Shown here: positions 16,678-27,236 of the stretch, in pieces
Layout of the letters: each line of letters begins with the position of its first letter
Numbering within the stretch: position 1 is the stretch's first letter
Assembly (NCBI GenBank): GCA_964365185.1
Contig: CAYIOP010000004.1
Coordinates: 1 to 56,456 of the forward strand
Source: an uncultured Candidatus Saccharibacteria bacterium
Lineage (GTDB): Bacteria; Patescibacteriota; Minisyncoccia; UBA6257; 2-01-FULL-56-20
Direction of reading: 5' to 3'
Length of the DNA: 56,456 nucleotides
The notes under the pieces: model-generated
Told to the model about the DNA's origin: nothing
Databases searched by the model: none
What the model saw: the letters and a program-made list of their open reading frames with translations, nothing else
Position numbers and translations under genes: made by a program

Positions 16678-18762
16678 GTGCCTAAATTTTTTAATCGCCA
16701 AAATTTCAAAAGAGTCACCGATATTATTAAGCCCTCTTTAGAACCGGAAAACGACGCTTTAAAAAAATCGATTTTTAGAAAGCGTAAACCTGAGGATATA
16801 AAGAAAGATCTTATTCGAACTCTCCCCAAGAAAAATTTCTCTCCGGTCAGCCATCGAATCAATCGCGGCTTTATTTTCGCGCTTATTGTTTTTTGTGTTT
16901 TGGGTGCCAGTTTTGTTTTTTACAATCTATATAATTTTAATCATCAGGTCTTGAGCACTCTCGAGGAAGGAATTGATCAATTTAACTCTCGCGCCTCTAA
17001 CCTTAAAATTTTTGGCTTTGGCCAAAAAATCCAAGAGTTAGCTCCGGTAGGCGAGTTGGATTTAAATAATCCTTTCAAAGAATTCGGCGTCAAAATCTGG
17101 CCTCTTTTAAAAGATAGCGTTGGCGCTTACAGCAATTTTCAAGGTCTTTCTTTTGGCTTGGTTGGACTTTTGGAAAAAATCAATGTTTTGGCCGCCGATT
17201 TTTTTGATTTGGTTTTTAAACAAAGAGGAGGTGAGCTTATTGCCCAGCTCGAAGACATTAAAAAATCTTTGGGAGTTGTGAGCGAAAAGAATTCCAATCT
17301 AATAGACGCCACTTCTCGGCTTAAAGATTTTTCTATGCTCGGGGCCGATTTTTATCTGCCTCTTCATTCCGAATTGGCTAGCTACGATAAGTTTTTGGGC
17401 TTATTGATTAATTGGCTTAAATCTTCTTCTGACCACCACTTATTTGTAATGTTTTTAAACCCTTCCGAAATTAGGCCCGGGGGGGGATTTTTAGGAAGCT
17501 ATGCTGATTTGGTGGTGAGCGGCGGGCACGTTAAAAGCATCGACATTTATGACATCAATGAACTAGACCGAGAAATTGACCTAAAAATAATTCCTCCCAA
17601 ACCTATTCAAGCTATCTCTAAAGGATGGAACGCGGCTGATGCTAACTGGTTTTTCGATTTTCCCACTTCTGCTAATCAAACCCTGCAATTTGCTGAAAGT
17701 TCTAATTTATATAAGAAAAAAGATCCACCGATTGCTTTTGACGGTGTTATTGCGGTTAGCGCTCGCATCCTCGAAGATATTTTAAAAATTACCGGTTCCA
17801 TAGAAATTCCGGAGAGCAAAATTATTTTGACGTCCGATAATTTTCTTCTTGAAATTCAAAAACAAATTCAAACCCAAAGGGAAAAGAAAAGTTCTTCACC
17901 CAAGGATATTTTAAAAGAGCTAGCCCCTCTGCTTCTTGAAAAAATCGTTTCTTTTGACGATTTGAATAATCAAAAATTTTTATCCTTACTTGAAGATTGG
18001 ATTTTAAAAAAGGATTTAATGGTCTATTTTAAAGATCCGGAATTCGAGAATTTTATGAGCCAATTTAATCTTGACGGCGCAGTTTATAAACTTCCCCAAA
18101 ATTTCATCGGTGATTATCTAGCAGTCGTAAACGCCAACCTGGGCGGCAATAAAACCGATATCTATATTGATCAAACCATCACTCTGATTTCCCAAATTGA
18201 AGAAGAGGGCTTGGTTAAAAATCATCTTGTAATTGAAAGAAATCATCGAGGCGACAAATCTTCTTATTCTTGGTATAAAACCACCAACCAAAATTATCTC
18301 CAAGTTTTTACCCTGCCGGACGCCCAGCTTGGGGACTCAAGCGGTAGCATCGAAAAGAAAATCGTTTCTCCTCTAAATTACAAAACCGCCGGATACATCA
18401 GCAATCCTTTGGTATCTCAAATTGAATCCACCAAAAAAGATTTCCTTCATTACCCAGCCCTTCAAAGTTTTTCGTCTTTTGGCAAAAACATTTTTGCCAC
18501 TTGGACCAAGACCTTGCCCGGCAAAAAAACCGAGACCGTTTTTGACTACACTAATCATTTATCCGTGCCTTTTAAAGAGGGCAGTTCTTATCAATTTATT
18601 TTTGAGAAACAAGCCGGCGTTAAAGGTAATTATAAATTTGAGCTTCAAGCTCCAGTTGGTTTCATTTGGCGAGAAAACAATCTGCCGATTTATGAATATA
18701 AATCTTCAAATCCTCCCGGCCGCCTAATTTTAAAACTCACTTTAAAAAAAGCAGATTTATAA
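16678..18762 (+). CDS. DUF4012 domain membrane-anchored protein (GTG start)
   Basis: N-terminal TM and the DUF4012 signature LNPSEIRPGGGFLGSYADLVVSGG. Confidence 0.7.
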   Translation: MPKFFNRQNFKRVTDIIKPSLEPENDALKKSIFRKRKPEDIKKDLIRTLPKKNFSPVSHRINRGFIFALIVFCVLGASFVFYNLYNFNHQVLSTLEEGIDQFNSRASNLKIFGFGQKIQELAPVGELDLNNPFKEFGVKIWPLLKDSVGAYSNFQGLSFGLVGLLEKINVLAADFFDLVFKQRGGELIAQLEDIKKSLGVVSEKNSNLIDATSRLKDFSMLGADFYLPLHSELASYDKFLGLLINWLKSSSDHHLFVMFLNPSEIRPGGGFLGSYADLVVSGGHVKSIDIYDINELDREIDLKIIPPKPIQAISKGWNAADANWFFDFPTSANQTLQFAESSNLYKKKDPPIAFDGVIAVSARILEDILKITGSIEIPESKIILTSDNFLLEIQKQIQTQREKKSSSPKDILKELAPLLLEKIVSFDDLNNQKFLSLLEDWILKKDLMVYFKDPEFENFMSQFNLDGAVYKLPQNFIGDYLAVVNANLGGNKTDIYIDQTITLISQIEEEGLVKNHLVIERNHRGDKSSYSWYKTTNQNYLQVFTLPDAQLGDSSGSIEKKIVSPLNYKTAGYISNPLVSQIESTKKDFLHYPALQSFSSFGKNIFATWTKTLPGKKTETVFDYTNHLSVPFKEGSSYQFIFEKQAGVKGNYKFELQAPVGFIWRENNLPIYEYKSSNPPGRLILKLTLKKADL

Positions 18763-18974
18763 TTGATATTTTTTAATTATCCCCCATTCTTTTATTTAAG
18801 TGCGAGGAAACAAAAAACCCGCACGTCTTAGGTGGGGTTTTAATTAAAGGAGGGGAAAATAAGAAGTAAATCTGAAGTAATTTTTTTCATACTGAACATC
18901 GAGAAAGAAGAGATCCATCCTATGGATTCTGGTCCGTCCCATGTAGCGGTAAAGTGAAGAGGCGCATACAATCA

Positions 18975-19400
18975 TCAGATAATTTCCTTAGCTAGAGATC
19001 CTTTTGTTTTACTCTGACCCAAATCTATTCTTGGAATCGGATTTTCGTATCCAAAAATTTTCTCTGTTTTTTTGGATCTAGGCTGCTTTCCTGGGTTGGT
19101 TTCTCTTGAAGTGTCAGGAATTATAATCTGAAGAGACAGAGAATCTCCACTCGCTGTGCCAGTAATACCGGTAACTCCGTCGCCAGTAAACATGCCATAA
19201 ATTATTAAAACCAAAACCCCGATGGCCATAATAAACGGAATCGCGGCTTTAATAAGTTTTTCGATCGCTATGGCTAATTTTCCTAAAAGCCACAGGCATC
19301 CTAGCACCAGCAATACACCGATCACGAGTCCAATCAAATTTCGTCCCCACGCAACGTCTCCTTGAGACATTCCTTTCAAAAAGGGCTCTAAAAACTCCAT
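18975..19400 (-). CDS. hypothetical membrane protein
   Basis: Two to three hydrophobic helices and a bidirectional hairpin downstream at about 18821-18850. Confidence 0.5.
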   Translation of the reverse strand: MEFLEPFLKGMSQGDVAWGRNLIGLVIGVLLVLGCLWLLGKLAIAIEKLIKAAIPFIMAIGVLVLIIYGMFTGDGVTGITGTASGDSLSLQIIIPDTSRETNPGKQPRSKKTEKIFGYENPIPRIDLGQSKTKGSLAKEII

Positions 19401-19521
19401 AGATATCTCCTTATTTCGAAGTTAAAGGTCTAATCCAATTATACTACCAATCACCCCCAAAAGTCAAGTTTTTTAATTTTACGCTGTTTTTAGCTCTTAA
19501 TTCGTGTTAATTTGAATCTCA

Positions 19522-21372
19522 ATGAATCATATTCGTAATTTTGTTATTATCGCCCACATCGATCACGGCAAATCCACTTTAGCTGACCGCTTACTTGAAT
19601 TTACCGGCACAGTCGAAGCGAGAAAAATGCGCCCCCAATATCTTGACCGTCTTGAACTCGAACGCGAGAGGGGCATCACCATCAAAATGGCCCCCGTCCG
19701 CATGATTTACAAATTACCCGAGCTCGATCATCGATCATCAAACACCGAACAATCAAATTCAGAATATATTCTGAATTTGATAGACACTCCCGGCCACAGC
19801 GATTTTTCCTATGAGGTCTCCCGCGCCTTAGCTGCGGTTGAAGGCGCTGTGCTTTTAGTTGACGCCCTAAAGGGCATTCAGGCCCAGACCCTTTCTAATT
19901 TTAGAGCCGCTAAAAAAGCCGGCCTTAAAATTATCGGCGCGGTGAATAAAATTGATTTAAACCCTCAAAATCTTCCCAAAATTGAATCCTCACTAGCCCA
20001 GCTTCTTGAAGTTCCAACTTCTGAAATTTTAAGGGTCTCTGGAAAAACCGGCGAAGGCGTAGAAAAACTTTTAGCGGCCGTCATCGAAAAAATCCCTGCG
20101 CCAAAACCGCTTGATTCGAGCAAAAACCATTCTCTTTCCCAGGCCTTGATTTTTGATTCTCTTTACGACGACCACAAGGGCATTTTGGCTTTTGTGAGAA
20201 ATTTTAGCGGCACTTTCGAAGTCGGCCAAGACATTTTTCTTATCGCGAGCGACAAAAAAGTAAAGACCAAAGAAATTGGCTATTTTGTTCCGGATTTAAA
20301 ACCGTCGCCCGAAATTAAAACCGGCGAAATCGGCTACCTCGCCACCAATCTCAAAGAATCGGACTTAATTAAAATAGGGGATACCGTGCTCGGCGGCAAG
20401 ATTTTAAAAGACAGCCACTCTTTGAGTTCAATTAGAGGTTTGGCTCTTTCGGGCTACCAAGAACCGCGCCCCGTTGTCTTTATTTCTTTTTACCCGATCG
20501 GCCAAACTAAATTTGAGGATTTAAAATCCGCTTTCTCCAAATTAAAACTCACTGACTCGGCCTTAAACATCGAGCCCGAAGCCAACGACGCCTTGGGTCG
20601 AGGACTCAAAATTGGCTTTTTGGGCCAGCTTCATTTTGAGATTATCTCAAGCCGCCTTAAAGATGAATTCAACATCGATTTTATCACCAGCTTTCCTTCA
20701 GTCGCTTACCGCATTAAAGAAGGAACGCGAGAATATATCATTAAACAACCCCAAGATTTTCCCGTAAAACCCGATAAGGTCTTTGAACCTGTCATTAATA
20801 TCGAAATTATCGCTCCGGCTAATTACTTGAATTCCGTTGTTAATCTTCAGCAGGTTTTTAATCTTGAGATTAAAGAAATCGAAAACTTAAACGACAACGT
20901 TATTATCTCCGGCGTTATGTCTCTCTCTGAACTGGTGCGCGATTTTGACGACCAGCTTAAATCCATCTCCCAAGGTTATGCCTCTTTTAGTTATGAACTC
21001 GCTGGCGAAAGAGAAGCGGATGTCGAAAAATTGGAAATTTTGGTTGCTGGCGACTTCATTCCGGCCTTAACCAGAATCGTCGCTAAAAAAGATTTGGAAA
21101 AAGAAGCCCGCAAATCCGTCGAAAAACTAAAAGAACTTTTACCTAAACAGCAATTTACCCAAGCCATTCAGGCCTCGGTCTCCGGCCGCATTGTGGCGAG
21201 AGAAACTATCCCTGCTGCGAAAAAACTGCTCGGCAATTTTGGTAAAACCGGCGGCGACCGAACTCGTAAAATGAAACTCTGGAAAAAACAAAAACGTGGC
21301 AAAGAAAGGCTTCAAGAGCGCGGCCGAGTAAATGTCCCGATCGAGGTTTTCCGAGAGATACTTAAGAAATAA
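19522..21372 (+). CDS. lepA: translation elongation factor 4
   Basis: IIAHIDHGKSTLADRLLE, DTPGH, NKID, and a LepA C-terminal domain. Confidence 0.95.
   Translation: MNHIRNFVIIAHIDHGKSTLADRLLEFTGTVEARKMRPQYLDRLELERERGITIKMAPVRMIYKLPELDHRSSNTEQSNSEYILNLIDTPGHSDFSYEVSRALAAVEGAVLLVDALKGIQAQTLSNFRAAKKAGLKIIGAVNKIDLNPQNLPKIESSLAQLLEVPTSEILRVSGKTGEGVEKLLAAVIEKIPAPKPLDSSKNHSLSQALIFDSLYDDHKGILAFVRNFSGTFEVGQDIFLIASDKKVKTKEIGYFVPDLKPSPEIKTGEIGYLATNLKESDLIKIGDTVLGGKILKDSHSLSSIRGLALSGYQEPRPVVFISFYPIGQTKFEDLKSAFSKLKLTDSALNIEPEANDALGRGLKIGFLGQLHFEIISSRLKDEFNIDFITSFPSVAYRIKEGTREYIIKQPQDFPVKPDKVFEPVINIEIIAPANYLNSVVNLQQVFNLEIKEIENLNDNVIISGVMSLSELVRDFDDQLKSISQGYASFSYELAGEREADVEKLEILVAGDFIPALTRIVAKKDLEKEARKSVEKLKELLPKQQFTQAIQASVSGRIVARETIPAAKKLLGNFGKTGGDRTRKMKLWKKQKRGKERLQERGRVNVPIEVFREILKK
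19752..19781. repeat. 30-nt perfect palindrome inside lepA
   Basis: ATCAAATTCAGAATA|TATTCTGAATTTGAT. The right arm encodes the conserved ILNLID segment. A GATCATC x2 repeat lies just upstream. Confidence 0.85.
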
Positions 21373-21475
21373 GGATTTCTAAAATTCTTCTTGACATATA
21401 CATAAAATAAATATATTATATTTTTGGTTCTAAATGAAAGTTATTTGACATAAAACACATATAAAGGAGGTGCTC

Positions 21476-22039
21476 ATGGAGCACAAAAAGTTGAAGTTCT
21501 TGGGCGAGATTTTCTTGCTTCTCAGCGTAGTTCTTGGTGCTGTGAGTTGTGCGGTGATTTTTTGGCTTAGTGGAAACTTAACGCCATTCGTGAACATCTT
21601 TTCCTTAGAAATGAAACCCTATTCTTTCGAATTACTATTACTAGAATCTGATGTCAAGAATCTAAATTTCATCCAAGCCGACACCGCTATACAAAGCGTG
21701 ATTGCTTATCTCGAAGAACAAAATCTAACCCAAGGTCTAATTTGGTCAAGGATTCCGAGCTGGGGTAATCTAGAATCCAGATATCGATCCATTCAAAAAC
21801 TGGCCTTGAATACCAAAGTTCTAAGAGCGGTGTTTCCTGACCTTACGTCAACCCAATATCTTCCAGAAGAAACCAAAAAGGATTTACGAAAGTTTTTAGG
21901 GAAAATCCAATCGATCGAAGGTAATTATGTGTATAAACACATATTCTTCAATCGATATCCGGGCTGGACCTTCGCTTTCTACGCCTCGTTGTTCGGTGTT
22001 GTCTTCGTCATTATCAGAAGTTCCAAGGAGGGTAACTAA
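21476..22039 (+). CDS. hypothetical membrane protein
   Basis: AAGGAGG lies 7 nt upstream of the ATG at 21476. There are N- and C-terminal TM segments. Confidence 0.5.
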   Translation: MEHKKLKFLGEIFLLLSVVLGAVSCAVIFWLSGNLTPFVNIFSLEMKPYSFELLLLESDVKNLNFIQADTAIQSVIAYLEEQNLTQGLIWSRIPSWGNLESRYRSIQKLALNTKVLRAVFPDLTSTQYLPEETKKDLRKFLGKIQSIEGNYVYKHIFFNRYPGWTFAFYASLFGVVFVIIRSSKEGN

Positions 22040-23007
22040 TGTTTGTAAAACAACCAACTATTCATCGTCACACTCTTCACTACAAAGTCTGGCGATGGAC
22101 TTTCAGAAATTTGCTCTGGAAAAAAAGAGTAGTAGAAAACAAATCACTTTGCCAATACTGGTGGAGGACTATCTTAGGGGGTATCATCACCGCGATTCTC
22201 CACATATTGTACGGACCGCTTAAAATTTTACTTTACAACATTCTCTATCAAGCAGTTCGTCCGATTTTCCGAAACGATGTCGCCGCCGCGTTTGTCGTCT
22301 GGTTGCTTCTTCTTTTTTTGGTGAATATTTCCGGCGCCTGGGTTTTTCTGCCCTGGATTCTTGGATTTATTTTACACTGTGCCGGTCTGATAGGTTTAGT
22401 TTTTTTGATAATTTTGGTTTTAAAAAAGTTTTCAGAAACCGAAATCATTGATCACTTCTCAGGCTGGGTCTTAAAGTGGTTATTAAAACCCGTGGGATTG
22501 GTTTTTGTCTTCATCTTCAAAATCGTGCTTTGGAATTTATTCAAATTCCTGTTTGGTTGCTTGCCTGTTTTTACGGTGCAGGTAATTGAAAAGTTCTATA
22601 TTCCAAGGCATGAACTTCCCGATGGAGAATACAAATTCCGTCAGCAAAATCAAACCCTTGTCAAATTGTCGTTTTGGACGCTCCAATTCATCTTCCTAGC
22701 ATCAATCCTGGTTGCGATCTTAAAAACAGGAATTACTCTTCCACTCCTTACGGCCAGAGAGATTATTACCTCAGCGTTGATTCTTACTGTGTCGATTTTA
22801 GTTCCGTGGACTTATGCCTACTTCGGCTTAAAGAGAATGGAACGCGAGTGGATTTATTCTCATCATCCCGAGTTACGGCCCAAGAAAAAATTCGCCCAAC
22901 TCAAGGCTCGAATTGCAACCAATATTGACCACAACAAACAACCTTTTCTTGATTGGCTCAAAGCCATCAAGGAAAAAGTTTGTCCTATGGTCAAATTCGT
23001 CGATTAG
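22039..23007 (+). CDS. hypothetical polytopic membrane protein
   Basis: The start overlaps the upstream stop (TAATG). Multiple hydrophobic helices. Confidence 0.55.
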   Translation: MFVKQPTIHRHTLHYKVWRWTFRNLLWKKRVVENKSLCQYWWRTILGGIITAILHILYGPLKILLYNILYQAVRPIFRNDVAAAFVVWLLLLFLVNISGAWVFLPWILGFILHCAGLIGLVFLIILVLKKFSETEIIDHFSGWVLKWLLKPVGLVFVFIFKIVLWNLFKFLFGCLPVFTVQVIEKFYIPRHELPDGEYKFRQQNQTLVKLSFWTLQFIFLASILVAILKTGITLPLLTAREIITSALILTVSILVPWTYAYFGLKRMEREWIYSHHPELRPKKKFAQLKARIATNIDHNKQPFLDWLKAIKEKVCPMVKFVD

Positions 23008-23022
23008 CCAATTGTCCAATTG

Positions 23023-23057
23023 TCCCTATCGCATACTTTCTGCGATAGGGATTTTTT
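23023..23057 (+). terminator. intrinsic terminator
   Basis: CCCTATCGC..GCGATAGGG stem followed by TTTTTTT. Confidence 0.7.
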
Positions 23058-23223
23058 TATTTTCTTTAGAACTTTCGCCCCCCACCCTTTTTAGAAGATT
23101 GGGGATTTTACCCTGTTTCCGCTGTCAAATTATATTAAAATATTAGGTTTTATTCGCCTTTTTATTGATAATTTTAAAAATATTTCTATCGTATCTTAGT
23201 CGGATTTGTAATATAATCTCTAT

Positions 23224-23520
23224 ATGCGACTAACTCTCATTTTCGTTGCTTTAGTTGCTTTCGGATTTTTTATCTTTCAAATTCCTTCGCTGTGGATTAA
23301 TCAGCGAAATTTAAGCGAAGAATTTAAAGAATCCCAAATGAAACTTAATGAAGCCAAAGAAAGCGCCACTGAACTTAAAAACGAGCTAGAATATCTAAGT
23401 AATCCTCTAAATCTTGAAAAAGAACTTCGCTCGCGCTTTAACCTCAAAAAGCCCGGAGAAAAAACCATTATCATTGTTCCCAAAAATGAAACTTCAAGCC
23501 CCAATGAATCCAATAATTAA
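23224..23520 (+). CDS. FtsB/DivIC-like septum formation initiator
   Basis: N-terminal TM followed by a coiled coil (EEFKESQMKLNEAKESATELKNELEYL) and ..LKKPGEKTIIIV. Confidence 0.55.
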   Translation: MRLTLIFVALVAFGFFIFQIPSLWINQRNLSEEFKESQMKLNEAKESATELKNELEYLSNPLNLEKELRSRFNLKKPGEKTIIIVPKNETSSPNESNN

Positions 23521-23523
23521 ATT

Positions 23524-24108
23524 ATGAAATTTTTATCTGAATATAAACCTTACCTTATTTTCTCGGGGCTTTTTGTCTGCGGGTTAGCCGTAATTTTAAT
23601 TATTTCTTCCGGGCTTTATCCTATTGCGTTAGTCAACGGCAAGTTTTTAAGCGCCCGCACTCTCGAAGACCATCTTCAAGCCGAATCAATTTACTATCAA
23701 AATTTTCTTAAAACCTACACCACGCCTGACACCAAAATCGAAAAAATCACAGTCGAGGATTTAAAAAAATTTATCCTCACTAAATTAATTGAGAATGTTT
23801 TAGTGAATAATGAAGTGGAGAAAAAGTTGGGCAACGACTTAAATGTTATTATTGAAGACCGGATTCAAAAAATTACCCAAGACCAAAAACTCGAAAAAGC
23901 CGCCACTGCCATCTACGGCCTGACTTTTGAAGATTTTCGAGAGGAGATTTTAGTGCCGCTAGCCAAAGAAGACATTCTAGCCGGCCGCCTTTTTTTGGAA
24001 GGCCAAAATTTTGACGACTGGCTCGCAAGCGCTAAAAAATTAAGTAAAGTAAAAATTTTTTCCACTAATTTTTATTGGGATGGAGAAGAAGTCCAAACCA
24101 AACCCTAG
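23524..24108 (+). CDS. membrane-anchored hypothetical protein, possibly a SurA N-terminal-like chaperone domain
   Basis: N-terminal TM, then VNGKFLSARTLEDHL. Weak similarity only. Confidence 0.35.
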   Translation: MKFLSEYKPYLIFSGLFVCGLAVILIISSGLYPIALVNGKFLSARTLEDHLQAESIYYQNFLKTYTTPDTKIEKITVEDLKKFILTKLIENVLVNNEVEKKLGNDLNVIIEDRIQKITQDQKLEKAATAIYGLTFEDFREEILVPLAKEDILAGRLFLEGQNFDDWLASAKKLSKVKIFSTNFYWDGEEVQTKP

Positions 24109-24219
24109 AACTTGAATCAAGAATTATGAATAATGCTTGCCCTCTGTAATCTTGATGAAGGAGGGAATCGTGAATCTTAAATCTTGAAAATCTAATAATT
24201 GATACTTCATTGATAATTG

Positions 24220-24249
24220 TCCTCCGAAGGAGGATCCGCCTCCGGCGGA
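24220..24249. repeat. 30-nt double-hairpin element, copy 2 (intergenic)
   Basis: TCCTCCGAAGGAGGA + TCCGCCTCCGGCGGA, flanked by ATAATTG / ATTATTG. Confidence 0.85.
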
Positions 24250-24311
24250 ATTATTGAAAATTGTAATTTTGGATTTATTTAGAACTTAGGATTTAGAAAT
24301 TAGAGCTTTTT

Positions 24312-24950
24312 ATGAATACTCTTCAAGAATTAGTCAGCAATCTTATTTTTGATGGTTATCTAAAAACCCCGCGGCTAATTGAGGCCTTTAAAAAAATTGA
24401 CCGGGCGGATTTTGTTTCGGAAGAGTATCGACATCTAGCTTATATCAATGAGCCACTTCCTATTGGCCACAATCAAACCATCTCCCAGCCCTTAACTGTG
24501 GCTTTTATGCTCGAATTCTTAGAGCCCAAACCTGGAGAAAAAATTTTGGATATTGGCTCTGGTTCTGGTTGGCAAACTGCGCTTTTGGCTCAAATTGTCG
24601 GGCCAGAAGGAAAAGTTTTGGCGATGGAAAGAATTCTGGAACTGAAAAGTATGACCGAAGCTAATTTAAAAAAATATAGTTTTGTAGAAAAGGGGATTGT
24701 GAAAGTGATTTATGAAAATGCCGGGAAAGGCGCGCCCCAAAGCTTAGTTCCTAAAGGAGGATTTGATAAAATCATCGCTGCTGCCTCTGCCGAGAATATT
24801 CCCGCTATCTGGAAAGAGCAGCTAAAAATCGGTGGTCGCATCGTGGCCCCAGTTGGCCACAGCATCGTTGCCATCGACAAAATCTCTGAGAATGAATTTA
24901 GGGAAAAAGAATATTTTGGCTTCGCCTTCGTGCCTTTAATAGAGGATTGA
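24312..24950 (+). CDS. pcm: protein-L-isoaspartate O-methyltransferase
   Basis: GHNQTISQPLTVAFMLE and the SAM motif ILDIGSGSGWQTALLA. Confidence 0.9.
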   Translation: MNTLQELVSNLIFDGYLKTPRLIEAFKKIDRADFVSEEYRHLAYINEPLPIGHNQTISQPLTVAFMLEFLEPKPGEKILDIGSGSGWQTALLAQIVGPEGKVLAMERILELKSMTEANLKKYSFVEKGIVKVIYENAGKGAPQSLVPKGGFDKIIAAASAENIPAIWKEQLKIGGRIVAPVGHSIVAIDKISENEFREKEYFGFAFVPLIED

Positions 24951-24988
24951 CCTTATTAATAAGCAAGGTTAGGATTTCTACAAAAGAC

Positions 24989-25062
24989 GCGGGATTAGTA
25001 TAGTGGTAATATATTTGCTTCCCAAGCAAAAGACGCGAGTTCGATTCTCGTATCCCGCTCCA
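24989..25062 (+). tRNA. tRNA-Gly (anticodon CCC), CCA encoded
   Basis: I folded it by hand. Acceptor GCGGGAT/ATCCCGC, D-loop AGTGGTA, anticodon stem TTTGC/GCAAA with loop TTCCCAA, T-arm GCGAG-TTCGATT-CTCGT, discriminator U, CCA. Confidence 0.9.
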
Positions 25063-25157
25063 AGATATTATATTGACACCCCTTTAGTTGTGGCCTATTC
25101 TGTCGTTGAAAGTAAACATAGCTCTTTTAATTTTCAACCTCTAAGGTGGTGAGAAAT

Positions 25158-25343
25158 ATGAATGGTAAAGTTTATTGGTGGACGGTCTTTGTGGTTGCTA
25201 TCATCTCGGTCTTAGCTGCTTTAATAATCAAAAATCCTATGTGCCTTCTCGGAATTCTTGGTGGGTTTGTCGTCGGGATTCCCTTCGGTCTTGTGACCAA
25301 AAAAGCTGAACCACGAATCCGCGGGTCTTCAAAGCGCATATAA
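25158..25343 (+). CDS. small 2-TM membrane protein, hypothetical
   Basis: AAGGTGG lies 7 nt upstream of the ATG at 25158, with a terminator downstream. Confidence 0.4.
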   Translation: MNGKVYWWTVFVVAIISVLAALIIKNPMCLLGILGGFVVGIPFGLVTKKAEPRIRGSSKRI

Positions 25344-25363
25344 AAACCACTTTCCAATTCTCC

Positions 25364-25393
25364 TTGTCCCGACCAAAATCGGGACAATTTTTT
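25364..25393 (+). terminator. intrinsic terminator
   Basis: TTGTCCCGA..TCGGGACAA stem followed by TTTTTT. Confidence 0.65.
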
Positions 25394-25509
25394 AATCTAC
25401 TTCTTCTTTACTTACTACTATATCTCAACTGTATTCCTATTGTATCTCTATTTGTACCTTTGCCATTTGCCATTTACCCTTTGCTTATCTATTCTATTAT
25501 TGAAATACT

Positions 25510-27225
25510 ATGCCCTCCTCACCTGTCGAACAAATTAAAGCCAAACTTGATGTTGTCGAGTTTTTAAAGGGTTATCTGGAGCTTCAAAAAGCCGGCAAGA
25601 ATTTTAAAGCCCGTTGCCCCTTTCATCGGGAAAAAACTCCTTCGTTTATGATTTCGCCCGACCGTGGGTCCTGGCGTTGTTTTGGCTGTAATCAGGGCGG
25701 CGACATTTTCACTTTTATAATGAAATATGAAAATCTGGAATTCGCCGAAGCGCTCAAAGTTCTAGCCGAGAAAGCCGGCATTGAGCTTCAGCGCATCAGC
25801 CCAGCCGACTACCGCCTTTTTGGCCTGCTTTACGATTTAAATGACATCGCCAAAGATTTTTTTAAAAAAGAATTAGCCAACTCCGAGCTCGCCCAAAAAT
25901 ATCTAAAAAGCCGTGGCCTCAAAACCGAAACTCTGGAAGATTTTGATATTGGTTTTGCCCCTAATAATTCCGAGTCCTTAAATCTCCATTTTGTAAATTT
26001 AGGTCATCGTCCGGAAGATGTTATTCGGGCTGGTCTGATTATTAAAAACGAAAAGAATGTTCAGTTTGATCGTTTTCGCGGCCGGATTATGTTTCCCATC
26101 CGCAATCACATGGGTAAAGTTGTCGGCTTCACCGGCCGCGTTCTGCCGGAGTTCGACACCGGTCAGACCGGTAAATATATGAATAGTCCCGAGACCCCGA
26201 TTTTCAATAAATCCAAACTGCTTTACGGTTTTTCTAAAGCCAAAGACGCTATCCGCGAATCCAAATTCGCTTTTTTAGTTGAAGGCCAGATGGATATGGT
26301 GATGGCTTGGCAATCCGGCGTAAGAAACGTGGTGGCCTCATCCGGCACTGCCCTTACTCCCGACCACTTAACTGCTTTAAAGCGCCTTACCGATCAACTG
26401 GTTATTAGTTTTGATAATGACGAAGCCGGATATGTCGCTGGCGAACGAGCTATTGACCTAGCCGAGAATATGGATTTTAATGTAAAGGTTGTCGTTTTTA
26501 ACGACTTTAAAGATGCTGCCGAGGCAGCTCAGGCGGGCGAGGAAATTTTAAAAAAACACCTTTCAAACTCCATTCCCGCCCCCAAATTTTATTTTGAGAG
26601 ATATCTCTCTGGAACCCAAAGTTTTAAAGATCGCGAGGCCCTAAGTAATCTTCGGGTCGTCCTCTCTAAAGTTAAAAATATATCGAGTCCGGTTGAACAA
26701 GGTTTTTGGCTCAAAGAATTATCTAACCTTACCAATATTCCCGAAAAAACCTTAAGCGAAGAAACTGATAAGTTAGTTGTTAGAAGCTCTGAAAACTTAT
26801 CAACTTCGCCAGAGAAAGAAAGTTCAACCAGCAATTTTGCCAATAATTTTTCCCGCTGGGATATTGTTAGCCAACGTTTCCTATCCGCTATTTTTGAGCA
26901 AGGCAATTTGGAAATGGCTGCGAGTAGTTTAGAGTATTTAAAACCCGAGTATCTAACTATTTTTGACCTGCTAAAACGCGGCGAGAAAAAAAGTAACGAC
27001 CCTGCTTTAGACCAGATGATCGATCTGATTCTCCTGCGTTCCGAAAATTTTGAAGCCGGTGAACTCGAAGATTTAAAACGCCATCTCTTTGCGGAATACG
27101 TTAAAGAAAAAAGAAACGCCATCACTAATAAAATCAAACAAGCCGAAAGTTCAAACGACGAACCCGCCTTAAAAATGGCCATGGCTGAATTAAACCAACT
27201 CAACTCCGCCCCACCTAAATTTTAA
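25510..27225 (+). CDS. dnaG: DNA primase
   Basis: Zn finger CPFHREKTPSF..CFGC and TOPRIM motifs (EGQMDMV, DNDEAG). Confidence 0.95.
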   Translation: MPSSPVEQIKAKLDVVEFLKGYLELQKAGKNFKARCPFHREKTPSFMISPDRGSWRCFGCNQGGDIFTFIMKYENLEFAEALKVLAEKAGIELQRISPADYRLFGLLYDLNDIAKDFFKKELANSELAQKYLKSRGLKTETLEDFDIGFAPNNSESLNLHFVNLGHRPEDVIRAGLIIKNEKNVQFDRFRGRIMFPIRNHMGKVVGFTGRVLPEFDTGQTGKYMNSPETPIFNKSKLLYGFSKAKDAIRESKFAFLVEGQMDMVMAWQSGVRNVVASSGTALTPDHLTALKRLTDQLVISFDNDEAGYVAGERAIDLAENMDFNVKVVVFNDFKDAAEAAQAGEEILKKHLSNSIPAPKFYFERYLSGTQSFKDREALSNLRVVLSKVKNISSPVEQGFWLKELSNLTNIPEKTLSEETDKLVVRSSENLSTSPEKESSTSNFANNFSRWDIVSQRFLSAIFEQGNLEMAASSLEYLKPEYLTIFDLLKRGEKKSNDPALDQMIDLILLRSENFEAGELEDLKRHLFAEYVKEKRNAITNKIKQAESSNDEPALKMAMAELNQLNSAPPKF

Positions 27226-27236
27226 AAATTTAAAAT

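Noticed and set aside
26589-27203. 204-aa ORF on the minus strand.
   Set aside because: It is entirely antisense to the well-supported dnaG gene, has a low-complexity Ser/Leu-rich translation and lacks an SD. It is a shadow ORF.
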